Shown in pieces: positions 36,730 through 45,747 of a stretch of 64,000 nucleotides of DNA. Each line of letters opens with the position of its first letter. The stretch's first letter is position 1. Under the pieces are notes generated by a model. It was not told where the DNA came from. It worked only from the letters and a program-made list of their open reading frames with translations, and ran no database searches. The DNA is from an uncultured Clostridia bacterium (GTDB lineage: Bacteria > Bacillota > Clostridia > Oscillospirales > Acutalibacteraceae): contig CALABP010000055.1 of the NCBI GenBank assembly GCA_937885695.1, positions 22,316 through 86,315 of the forward strand, given 5' to 3'. Made by a program: the position numbers and the translations under genes.

Positions 36730-36859
36730 AAGCGTCTCCTTCTGTTTGAAAATTTTTACCGAATATATTATAGTATATTGAGTTATCGGTGTCAACAAAA
36801 TAGGGGCGGCGGCAAACGCTCACGGTTTAGAAAAAAAGGCGGTTTTATTGTGCACTTTT

Positions 36860-36900
36860 TTTAAAACAAAAACCGCCGAAGGCTTTTCCTTTCGGCGGTT
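36860..36900 (-). terminator. Rho-independent terminator of the 36920-37801 gene
   Basis: AACCGCCGAAGG pairs with CCTTTCGGCGGTT. A T-run follows on the minus strand. Confidence 0.75.
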
Positions 36901-36919
36901 ATATATAACATTTCGAGCA

Positions 36920-37801
36920 TTACATTCCGAGCATCGACATCAAAGAGCTTTTCTTTTTTTGCTTTTTCGGTTTGTATACGGGCGGGTTTTCAAGTCTCAT
37001 TCTCGCGCTTTTGCTTGAAGCAAGATATTTAATGACCTCTTCAACCGGCTCTGCCATGGTGTCGCTGAAATATGGCTTTGCGTTTTCAAGAAGCGCGGGC
37101 TCCTGTGCTATAGAGCCGAGGATTGTAACCGCAACAAGACTTTGTGTGTCGTTTGTGCCGTCTTCGTATATTTCGTTAAGCAGGTTGAAAAGCTTGCGCA
37201 TTTTTACTTTGTCGTTTTCTCTTATAATATCAAGAACGACCTTGTTGCCGTGGTTTACAAAGAAATCTTCGGCAAGAAATTCGCCGTATTCTTCAATGTT
37301 TCTTTTGTATTCATCGCGAAGCGCAGGGCAGATGTTTGAAGTGAAACGGCTGCCAAGGGTATTTGCGTCATAAGACACGGCGCCGCTTTTTGCTTTTGCC
37401 TTTGAAACGGGCGTGGGAAGCTTTTTGCCCGCCTGAAGCGCGCGTTTTGACGAGAAGGTGTTTGTGATTGTTTCGCAAAACTCGCCGCAGATGTATTTAA
37501 CGTCGCTTTCTTCGTATTCGTCAAGGTCCAAAAGCGAAAGAGATGCGCGCGTCATATCGTCGTCGGGCGTGTCGCTTTCATCGGCGGTTGCGGTGAAAAG
37601 CGCTATTTTTTCGTTTTCGTATTCTATTCTTATTCTGCCTTTTTCGCCGCGATACATAATTATGCTTTTGTTGCCCGAAACAGAAACGGGCAAAGCGGGC
37701 GGCAAAACGCCTTCGGGATATTCGACCTTAAAGCCGAAGGAGGAAACCGTGCTTTCGATTTCGCTGATGATTATTTCAAGTGCGTGTTTTAATTCAAGCA
37801 T
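36920..37801 (-). CDS. Hypothetical protein (acidic, with a lysine-rich C-terminal tail)
   Basis: Clean 293-codon ORF with its own terminator. No motif recognised. Confidence 0.5.
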   Translation of the reverse strand: MLELKHALEIIISEIESTVSSFGFKVEYPEGVLPPALPVSVSGNKSIIMYRGEKGRIRIEYENEKIALFTATADESDTPDDDMTRASLSLLDLDEYEESDVKYICGEFCETITNTFSSKRALQAGKKLPTPVSKAKAKSGAVSYDANTLGSRFTSNICPALRDEYKRNIEEYGEFLAEDFFVNHGNKVVLDIIRENDKVKMRKLFNLLNEIYEDGTNDTQSLVAVTILGSIAQEPALLENAKPYFSDTMAEPVEEVIKYLASSKSARMRLENPPVYKPKKQKKKSSLMSMLGM

Positions 37802-37892
37802 TTTTTTACCTCGCGATTACATTTAAATAAAATGAGCTTTGAATATCATAACATATATAAACGGTTTTGTCATTAATTTTTTTGTTAATAAT

Positions 37893-38090
37893 TTATTTTT
37901 CTTTGTAATAAAGCATGCAGTGGCAATAGCCTTCAAAGTTTTCGTCTTTTATTTGGTCTCTGAATTCCTTGCACATACACTTGTTTTCTTCGGTGTGCGA
38001 AAGCTTGCAGGGGCAATATCCGCCAGTGCGTTCAAGACCTTCTTTAATTCTTTTTACAACCTCTTTGTCCTCGTTTAAACGTACCTTCAT
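37893..38090 (-). CDS. Ferredoxin-thioredoxin-reductase catalytic-subunit-like small Cys-rich protein
   Basis: GGYCPCKL...CMCKEF...GYCHCMLY reproduces the CPC / CxC / CHC pattern of FTR beta-type proteins. It lies 3 nt downstream of tex. Confidence 0.6.
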   Translation of the reverse strand: MKVRLNEDKEVVKRIKEGLERTGGYCPCKLSHTEENKCMCKEFRDQIKDENFEGYCHCMLYYKEK

Positions 38091-38093
38091 AAA

Positions 38094-40241
38094 TTACACA
38101 TCCTTCATTGTAAGTGAAATTCGTTTTTTGTTGCCGTCAACCGAAAGAACCTTTACTTTTACAACGTCGCCGACCTTTAAAACCTCGGACGGGTGTTTTA
38201 TAAACCTGTTGCAAATCTGCGAAATGTGAACAAGTCCGTCCTGATGCACGCCTATATCGACAAATACGCCGAAGTCGATAACGTTTCTTACCGTGCCCGT
38301 GAGCGTCATTCCCTCTTTAAGGTCGTTAATATCCATAACGTCCGTTCTGAGATTCGGCGCGGGCAGGTCGTCTCTTATGTCCCTGCCGGGTTTTTCAAGC
38401 TCTTTTGCAATATCCGAAAGAGTCGGCACGCCTACGCCGCAGGTTTCGGCAACGCCCGCTGCGCCTTTTTCTTTTATTGCGTCGCAAAGGCCTTTTGCGG
38501 TGCCGTTTTCAATATCGGCTTCGGTCTTTTTGAAAAGAGTCAAAAGCTTTCTTGCCGCGTCATAGCTTTCGGGGTGAACGCCTGTGTTGTCGAGCGGTTC
38601 TTCGCCGCGGGGTATTCTTAAAAATCCTGCGCACTGCGTAAAGGCTTTCGGACCTAAGCCTTTAACCTTTTTAAGCTCCGCGCGCTTTTTAAAACCGCCG
38701 TTTTCTTCGCGGTAGGCAACAATGTTTTTAGCCGTTGCCGACGTTATGCCCGAGATATATTTAAGAAGTGAAACCGAAGCCGTGTTAAGGTCCACGCCGA
38801 CGGCGTTTACACAGTCCTCGACTACGTTTGAAAGCGACATGGAAAGCTCTGCTTGCGGAACGTCGTGCTGATACTGACCCACGCCGATGCTTCGCGGCTC
38901 TATTTTAACAAGCTCCGAAAGCGGGTCCTGAAGCCTTCGCGCAATCGACACGGCAGAGCGTACCGAAACGTCAAAATCGGGAAACTCCTCCGCGCCGAGC
39001 TTTGAAGCCGAATAAACCGACGCGCCCGCCTCGTTTACAACCATATAAGAAACGGGTCTTGAAGCTTTTTTGATTGTATTTGCAATAAATATTTCCGACT
39101 CCTTGCTTGCAGTGCCGTTGCCGATTGAAATGCAGTCGATTTTGTATCTGTCAATAAGTTCAAGCACTTTTTTCTCGGACTCTTCCGTTTTTGACTGCGG
39201 CGGCGTCGGGTAAATAACGCCCGTAAACAGCACGCGACTGTTTTTGTCTACAACGGCAAGCTTGCAGCCCGTTCTGTAGGCGGGGTCAACCGCAAGTACG
39301 GTTTTGTTTTTTATAGGCGGCTGCATTAAAAGCGGCTTGAGGTTTGAACCGAACATTTTAATTGCCTGCTCGTCGGCTTTTTCTGTAAGCGCGCTTCTGA
39401 TTTCGCGCTCCAAAGAGGGGAATATAAGGCGCGAATAGCTGTCCTTTGCCGCTTCTTTGCAAAATTCCGTCTGCGAAAAGCCCTCTTTTATAAAGAGATG
39501 ATAAAGGATTCTCAACGCCTCGTTTTCGTCGATTACAAGCGAGACTTTAAGTATTCCTTCGTTTTCGCCGCGGTTCATGGCAAGTATTCGGTGGCTCGGT
39601 ATTTTAGAAACAGGCTCTTTGTAGTCGTAATACATGGCGTATACGCTGTCGTCCTCTGTTTTTGAAACCGAAGAAATAAGGCCGCGCTTTTCAATAAGGT
39701 CTTTTAAAAGCCTTCGCGCCTCGGGTGAGTCCGAAATTTGCTCTGCGATTATATCCGAAGCGCCGCTTAATGCGTCCTCCGGCGTTAAAACGCCTTTTTC
39801 TTCGTCAACATATTTAAGCGCTTCGACGTTTAAATCAAGTCCTTTTTTTGAAAAAGAAAAAATGCATTCTGCAAGCGGCTCAAGCCCTTTTTCTTTTGCG
39901 ACCGAGGCGCGTGTTTTTCTTTTTTGCTTAAACGGCCTGTAAATATCTTCGACCGAGGCGAGCGTTTCGGCAATTTCGAGCGAGCGCTTGATTTCGTCCG
40001 TCATTTTTCCCTGCTCTTCAATTGAAGAAGAAACTTCTTCCTTGCGCTTTTCAAGGTTTCTTAAATATGTCAGCCTTTCAAAAATTTCGCGAAGCGTCTG
40101 GTCGTCGCAAGAGCCTGTCATTTCTTTTCTGTAGCGCGCTATAAACGGAACGGTGTTGCCGTCATCAAGAAGTGTAACTATATTTGTTATGCGGTTTTCG
40201 CTTATTGAAAATTCGGTACACAGCTTTTTTATTATATCCAT
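38094..40241 (-). CDS. tex: Tex-like transcription accessory protein (YqgF/HhH/S1 domains)
   Basis: N-terminal VPFIARYRKEMTG. C-terminal S1 domain GMTLTGTVRNVIDFGVFVDIGVHQDGLVHIS. Confidence 0.9.
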   Translation of the reverse strand: MDIIKKLCTEFSISENRITNIVTLLDDGNTVPFIARYRKEMTGSCDDQTLREIFERLTYLRNLEKRKEEVSSSIEEQGKMTDEIKRSLEIAETLASVEDIYRPFKQKRKTRASVAKEKGLEPLAECIFSFSKKGLDLNVEALKYVDEEKGVLTPEDALSGASDIIAEQISDSPEARRLLKDLIEKRGLISSVSKTEDDSVYAMYYDYKEPVSKIPSHRILAMNRGENEGILKVSLVIDENEALRILYHLFIKEGFSQTEFCKEAAKDSYSRLIFPSLEREIRSALTEKADEQAIKMFGSNLKPLLMQPPIKNKTVLAVDPAYRTGCKLAVVDKNSRVLFTGVIYPTPPQSKTEESEKKVLELIDRYKIDCISIGNGTASKESEIFIANTIKKASRPVSYMVVNEAGASVYSASKLGAEEFPDFDVSVRSAVSIARRLQDPLSELVKIEPRSIGVGQYQHDVPQAELSMSLSNVVEDCVNAVGVDLNTASVSLLKYISGITSATAKNIVAYREENGGFKKRAELKKVKGLGPKAFTQCAGFLRIPRGEEPLDNTGVHPESYDAARKLLTLFKKTEADIENGTAKGLCDAIKEKGAAGVAETCGVGVPTLSDIAKELEKPGRDIRDDLPAPNLRTDVMDINDLKEGMTLTGTVRNVIDFGVFVDIGVHQDGLVHISQICNRFIKHPSEVLKVGDVVKVKVLSVDGNKKRISLTMKDV

Positions 40242-40315
40242 TAAAATCTCCCTTTTCCTTTAACTGCATATATTTTACCATAAAACGCGCGGTTTGTCAT
40301 CAGATAATTATAAAA

Positions 40316-40342
40316 TTAGCACTCTATCACACAGAGTGCTAA
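40316..40342 (+). promoter_or_regulatory. CIRCE element (HrcA operator) upstream of clpB-htpG
   Basis: Perfect consensus TTAGCACTC-N9-GAGTGCTAA. Confidence 0.9.
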
Positions 40343-40430
40343 CATTTACAATTTGTTCATAAACAATTCATATTCAGTATACATACACGGCGTATTATAT
40401 GTTCAACAGAAAAAGAAGGGAGCAGTCTGT

Positions 40431-43016
40431 ATGAACTTTCAGAAATTTACTCAGAAAAGCGTTGAAGCCGTAAACGAGGCGCAATCAATCGCGCGCGAGT
40501 ACGGCAACCAGGAGCTTCGCGAAGAGCACGTCCTCTCTGCACTTGTTGACAGCAAAGACGGTCTTATAGGCGGGCTCATTTCAAAAATAACAAATAATAA
40601 AGAAGCTTTTTCAAAAGAGCTTATAAATATTATATCCCGTTTCCCCAAGGTTTCGGGCGGCAATATGTATATCTCGCAAGAGCTTGAAAGCGTCCTTGAC
40701 GACGCCGAAAAGCAGGCGGAGCGTATGAAGGACAGCTATGTTTCGGTTGAACACATCTTCCTTTCCATGCTCGATTCGCCCACGAAGGATATGAAAGAGC
40801 TTTTTAAGAGCTTCGGTATTACTAAGGATAAATTCCTTTCCGCTTTAAAAGATGTCCGCGGCAACTCAAACGTAACAAACGAAAATCCCGAGGACACTTA
40901 CGACGTTCTTAAAAAATACGGCAGAGACCTTGTGGAGCTTGCGCGTGAAAGAAAGCTTGACCCCGTAATCGGCAGAGACGAAGAAATCCGTAACGTTATA
41001 AGAATTCTTTCAAGAAAAACAAAAAACAACCCCTGCCTTATCGGTGAACCCGGCGTCGGCAAAACCGCAATTGCCGAGGGTCTTGCTTTGCGTATAGTTA
41101 AAGAAGACGTCCCCGAAAACCTCAAAAACAAGTCGATTTTCTCACTTGATATGGGCGCGCTTATTGCGGGCGCAAAATACAGGGGCGAGTTTGAAGAGCG
41201 TCTTAAAGCCGTTCTTAACGAAGTCCAAAAAAGCGAAGGTAAAATAATTCTTTTCATAGATGAACTTCACCTTATAGTCGGCGCGGGCAAAACCGAAGGC
41301 TCCATGGATGCCGGCAACCTTTTAAAGCCGCTTCTTGCAAGGGGCGAGCTTCACTGCATCGGCGCTACCACGCTTAACGAATACAGGCAGTATATCGAAA
41401 AAGACGCCGCGCTTGAAAGACGTTTTCAGCCCGTTCTTGTTAAAGAGCCGACGGTTGAAGACACAATAGCCATTTTGCGCGGACTTAAAGAGCGCTACGA
41501 AGTATATCACGGCGTAAAAATTCAGGATAACGCCCTTATTTCGGCGGCTGTGCTTTCAAACAGATATATTTCCGACAGATTTTTGCCCGATAAAGCAATT
41601 GACCTTGTAGACGAGGCGTGCGCTTTGATAAAAACCGAAATGAATTCAATGCCCACAGAGCTTGATGAAATTTCGCACAAAATAATGCAGCTTGAAATAG
41701 AAGAAGCGGCTCTCGGAAAAGAGACCGACAAGCTCGCAAAAGCGCATCTTGAAGAAATCAGAAAAGAGCTTTCGGAGCTTCGCGACAAATTTAACGAAAT
41801 GAAAGCAAAGTGGGAGAATGAAAAGACCTCCATCAACCGCGTTCAGAAGATTCGTGAAAAGATTGAAAGCGTAAACGCCGAGATAGAAAAAGCTCAGAAC
41901 AGCTATGACCTTAATAAGGCGGCAGAGCTTAAATACGGCAAGCTGCCTCAGCTTCAAAAAGAGCTTGAGGAATGCGAAAAGCAAAACGACGGCGGCAACG
42001 CCACTCTTTTAAGAGACAAGGTAACGGATGACGAAATCGCAAGAATAGTCGCCCGTTGGACGGGAATCCCCGTTTCAAAGCTTGTTGAAAGCGAACGCGA
42101 CAAGCTTTTGCATCTTGACAAAATACTTCACAGAAGGGTAATCGGCCAGGATGAAGCCGTAAGAAAAGTAAGCGACGCAATTCTGCGCTCAAGAGCGGGC
42201 ATTCAGGATCCCAAGCGCCCCATAGGCTCTTTCCTGTTTTTGGGACCCACGGGCGTCGGCAAAACAGAGCTTGCAAAATCTCTTGCCGAAGCGCTTTTTG
42301 ATGACGAACATGCGCTTATAAGAATCGATATGAGCGAGTATATGGAAAAATACAGCGTGTCGCGTCTTATCGGTGCGCCGCCCGGATACGTCGGCTATGA
42401 CGAGGGCGGTCAGCTTACAGAGGCTGTAAGAAGAAAACCCTATGCTGTAGTGCTTTTTGATGAGGTTGAAAAGGCTCACCCCGATGTGTTTAACGTGCTG
42501 TTGCAGGTGCTTGACGACGGCAGAATTACCGACAGCCAGGGCCGCACGGTGGACTTTAAGAACACCATCATAATCTTGACATCAAACCTCGGTTCGGATA
42601 TAATCCTTGACGGAATTGACGAAAAGAGCGGTGAGATTACGGAAGACGCGCGCGAAAAGGTTTCGGCGCTTTTAAAGAGAAGCTTCAGACCCGAGTTTTT
42701 AAACAGGCTTGATGAAATCATATTCTACAAACCGCTTACAAAAGAGAATGTTTTCGCCGTTTCAAAGCTTATAATAAACGACCTTAAAAAACGTCTTGAA
42801 ACTAAGCAGTTAAAGCTTGAAGTAACCGAGAGCGCTTACAATTATCTTGTTGATAACGGCTTTGACCCCGTATACGGCGCAAGACCCTTAAAGAGATTTA
42901 TTCAAAGCAATCTCGAAACGCTTATAGCAAGAAAAATAATCGCCGAGGACCTTGCCCCCGACACGGTAATTACCGTGGACTACGACGGCAAAGAGCTCAA
43001 GGCGACCGCAAAATAA
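40431..43016 (+). CDS. clpB: ATP-dependent chaperone/disaggregase ClpB
   Basis: ATG 40431 behind GAAGGGAG. Two AAA+ modules (GEPGVGKTAI, GPTGVGKTEL) separated by a long coiled-coil M-domain. Confidence 0.95.
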   Translation: MNFQKFTQKSVEAVNEAQSIAREYGNQELREEHVLSALVDSKDGLIGGLISKITNNKEAFSKELINIISRFPKVSGGNMYISQELESVLDDAEKQAERMKDSYVSVEHIFLSMLDSPTKDMKELFKSFGITKDKFLSALKDVRGNSNVTNENPEDTYDVLKKYGRDLVELARERKLDPVIGRDEEIRNVIRILSRKTKNNPCLIGEPGVGKTAIAEGLALRIVKEDVPENLKNKSIFSLDMGALIAGAKYRGEFEERLKAVLNEVQKSEGKIILFIDELHLIVGAGKTEGSMDAGNLLKPLLARGELHCIGATTLNEYRQYIEKDAALERRFQPVLVKEPTVEDTIAILRGLKERYEVYHGVKIQDNALISAAVLSNRYISDRFLPDKAIDLVDEACALIKTEMNSMPTELDEISHKIMQLEIEEAALGKETDKLAKAHLEEIRKELSELRDKFNEMKAKWENEKTSINRVQKIREKIESVNAEIEKAQNSYDLNKAAELKYGKLPQLQKELEECEKQNDGGNATLLRDKVTDDEIARIVARWTGIPVSKLVESERDKLLHLDKILHRRVIGQDEAVRKVSDAILRSRAGIQDPKRPIGSFLFLGPTGVGKTELAKSLAEALFDDEHALIRIDMSEYMEKYSVSRLIGAPPGYVGYDEGGQLTEAVRRKPYAVVLFDEVEKAHPDVFNVLLQVLDDGRITDSQGRTVDFKNTIIILTSNLGSDIILDGIDEKSGEITEDAREKVSALLKRSFRPEFLNRLDEIIFYKPLTKENVFAVSKLIINDLKKRLETKQLKLEVTESAYNYLVDNGFDPVYGARPLKRFIQSNLETLIARKIIAEDLAPDTVITVDYDGKELKATAK

Positions 43017-43031
43017 ACGGAGGATTTTAAA

Positions 43032-44918
43032 ATGAGAACGAAACAGTTTAAGGCTGAATCAAAAAAACTTATGGATATGATGATAAATTCCATCTATACC
43101 CACAAGGAAATATTTTTGAGAGAGCTTATTTCAAACGCAAGCGACGCGCTTGACAAGCTTTATTTCAAGTCGCTCACAGACAGTTCCATAGGTCTTAACC
43201 GTGAGGATTTTGTGATAAGACTTGAAGCGGACAAAGAAAACCGCATTTTAAAGGTTATTGATAACGGCTGCGGTATGACCGAGGAGGAGCTTGAAAGCAA
43301 CCTCGGCACAATCGCAAAAAGCGGCTCGTTCAATTTTAAAAAGGATAACGAAAAAACCGAGGATGTTGATATAATCGGTCAGTTCGGCGTGGGTTTTTAT
43401 TCGGCGTTTATGGTCAGCGACTGCGTAACCGTCGAAAGCAAGCCCTACGGCGCAGAAAAGGCTTATAAATGGTCGTCAAAGGGCGCCGACGGCTACACCG
43501 TTGAAGAGTGTGACAAGGCTGATTTCGGCACCGTCGTAACGCTTCACATAAAACCCGATACAGATGACGAAAACTACTCAAAATATCTTGAGCAGTACAC
43601 AATCGAAAGCCTTGTCAAAAAGTATTCCGATTACATTCGCCACCCGATAAAAATGACGGTTGAAGAGCGCAGATTAAAAGAGGGCAGCGACAGCGAATAC
43701 GAAACCGTAAGCGTTGATAAAACGCTTAATTCACAGGTTCCGATTTGGAAAAAGAATAAAAACGAAGTAACCGACGAAGAGTATAATTCGTTTTATACCG
43801 ACAAATTCTTTGATTATGAAGCGCCCTTAAAGGTTATTCACGCAAAAACCGAGGGCACAGCCACATACAGTGCGCTTCTTTTCATTCCGAAGCACGCGCC
43901 GTTTGACTATTATACAAAGGATTATGAAAAAGGGCTTCAGCTTTATTCAAAGGGCGTCCTTATAATGGATAAATGCAAAGACCTTTTGCCCGATTATTTC
44001 AGCTTTGTAAAAGGTCTTGTAGACAGCGAGGATTTGTCGCTCAACATCTCAAGAGAAATGCTTCAGCACGACGCGCAGTTAAAGCTTATTGCGAAAACCG
44101 TCGAAAAGAAGATTAAAAGCGAGCTTGAAAAAATGCTCAATAACGAGCGCGAAACGTATGAAGAGTTTTTCAAAACCTTCGGTATTCAGCTCAAATTCGG
44201 CGTTTATAACAGCTACGGTATGAATAAAGACCAGTTAAAAGACTTGCTTTTGTTCACATCGTCGTTTGAAAAGAAGCCCGTAACGCTCAAGGAATACGTC
44301 GGCAGACTCAAAGACGGTCAGGATAAGATTTATTATGCCTGCGGCGAAACTGCCGATAAAATAGAAATGCTTCCTCAGACCGAGCGCGTAAAAGAAAAAG
44401 GCTACGAAATTCTTTATCTTACCGAATATGTAGACGAGTTCTGCGTAAAAATGCTCGGCGAGTACGACGGCAAGCAGTTCCTTAATATCTGCGACGAAAA
44501 GCTTGACCTTGACACCGAGGAAGAGAAAAACGAGCTTAAAGAGAAAAATGAGGAGAACAAAGAGCTCCTCGACAAAATAAAAGACGCCCTCGACGGAAGC
44601 GTTTCGGAGGTGCGCTTTACAAACAAACTCAAAAACTATGCCGTTTGCCTCACAAGCGAAGGTAACCTTTCGCTTGAAATGGAAAAGGTGCTCAACTCAA
44701 TGCCCAACGAACAAAAGGTAAAAGCCGACGTTGCTCTTGAAATTAACGCTTCGCACCCGATAGCCGATAAACTTAAAGAGATTTTAGACAGCGGCAGCGA
44801 AGAAGAGCTTAAAGCGTATGCAAAGCTTCTTTATGCACAAGGCTGCCTTATAAGCGGCGTTTCGGTAAAAGACCCCGCGGAGTTAAGTAAACTCATAAGC
44901 GACCTTATGGTGAAATAA
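43032..44918 (+). CDS. htpG: Molecular chaperone HtpG (Hsp90)
   Basis: IFLRELISNASDALDK and GQFGVGFYSAFMV GHKL ATPase motifs. Confidence 0.95.
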   Translation: MRTKQFKAESKKLMDMMINSIYTHKEIFLRELISNASDALDKLYFKSLTDSSIGLNREDFVIRLEADKENRILKVIDNGCGMTEEELESNLGTIAKSGSFNFKKDNEKTEDVDIIGQFGVGFYSAFMVSDCVTVESKPYGAEKAYKWSSKGADGYTVEECDKADFGTVVTLHIKPDTDDENYSKYLEQYTIESLVKKYSDYIRHPIKMTVEERRLKEGSDSEYETVSVDKTLNSQVPIWKKNKNEVTDEEYNSFYTDKFFDYEAPLKVIHAKTEGTATYSALLFIPKHAPFDYYTKDYEKGLQLYSKGVLIMDKCKDLLPDYFSFVKGLVDSEDLSLNISREMLQHDAQLKLIAKTVEKKIKSELEKMLNNERETYEEFFKTFGIQLKFGVYNSYGMNKDQLKDLLLFTSSFEKKPVTLKEYVGRLKDGQDKIYYACGETADKIEMLPQTERVKEKGYEILYLTEYVDEFCVKMLGEYDGKQFLNICDEKLDLDTEEEKNELKEKNEENKELLDKIKDALDGSVSEVRFTNKLKNYAVCLTSEGNLSLEMEKVLNSMPNEQKVKADVALEINASHPIADKLKEILDSGSEEELKAYAKLLYAQGCLISGVSVKDPAELSKLISDLMVK

Positions 44919-44973
44919 GAGAAAGCAATTTCAGTTGAATTTTTGCAACCCCGACAAATCGTAAATAACGTTC

Positions 44974-45010
44974 CGACAGGCGCTCTCCCGATAACGGCGA
45001 ACGCCTGTCG
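44974..45010 (+). terminator. Stem-loop downstream of htpG (probable terminator; large loop)
   Basis: CGACAGGCG (44974-44982) pairs with CGCCTGTCG (45002-45010), followed by TCGGCTTTTC. Confidence 0.45.
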
Positions 45011-45263
45011 TCGGCTTTTCTCTAAGGCTTTTAAAACCTGCCAAAGACTTTTGCCGGTAGCAAATTACCGCATTGTAAAGACTTTGCAAAATACTTGACC
45101 GATATTTAAAATCGCATAACAAAGCGTTTTTTTAAGCGTCGCGGCAAAAAACACCTCGGAATTATTGTTTACATTTTATTCATATTTTCGTGATTGTGTT
45201 ACAACATTGATGTGGTATATAAAATATAGACATTGATTGCTTAACATTTCATTTTCTCTTTCC

Positions 45264-45299
45264 GGTTTGAATCCTCCGCATTGCGCGGGGGATTTAAAC
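45264..45299 (+). other. Isolated 36-nt palindromic element in the gene-free spacer
   Basis: GGTTTGAATCCTCCGCATTGCGCGGGGGATTTAAAC. The stem is AATCCTCCGC with GCGGGGGATT. Confidence 0.4.
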
Positions 45300-45530
45300 T
45301 TTTATATAGGCTTTTTCTGATTTTGCAATGGTTTTAAAGACTTTTTCAACGATTTTATAAGCTGCTTAAATACCGCCTTTTCAACACTGCCTAAGATTAA
45401 CTATCCGAGATTTAAACTTTCTAATACTCTCCAAGATTAAAATTCTTTAATTTTCTCCAAATTAAAGCTTTTTCAATATTTTCAAAAATCAAGGCTTTTT
45501 AACACTCTCCAGAATTTTATAAGCTTTTTA
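45300..45530 (+). repeat. Degenerate AT-rich direct repeats
   Basis: At least six copies of RRGCTTTTT(C)AAY-like cores, two of GATTTAAACTTT, two of (G/A)ATTTTATAAGCT and two of A(C/T)ACTCTCCA(A/G)(G/A)ATT. Confidence 0.55.
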
Positions 45531-45531
45531 C

Positions 45532-45586
45532 AGCACACAGCACCGCATCGGGTTTAACCAGCCGCAGCGCTGTGTGCTTTTGCTTT
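45532..45586 (+). terminator. Terminator-like stem-loop at the end of the repeat spacer
   Basis: AGCACACAGC (45532-45541) pairs with GCTGTGTGCT (45569-45578), then TTTGCTTT. Confidence 0.45.
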
Positions 45587-45747
45587 ATAAATGCATTTCG
45601 GTACGTTTCGTGTGCATGTTGTGCATATCATATTTACATTTTAAGATTTTAAGGTAAATTTATTCATATAAATAATATATCGCCGAATTGCGACATATAC
45701 CGACGCGCTTTGAGCGCGCATTAAACGTCTTAAGGAGTGTTTTGGTT

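Noticed and set aside
45264-45299. A 36-nt palindromic element ending in ATTTAAAC that looks like a type-I CRISPR repeat.
   Set aside because: There is only one full copy. The downstream repeats share short fragments (GATTTAAACTTT) with no regular repeat-spacer period, and no cas genes are in the window. It is not a CRISPR array, at most a decayed remnant.
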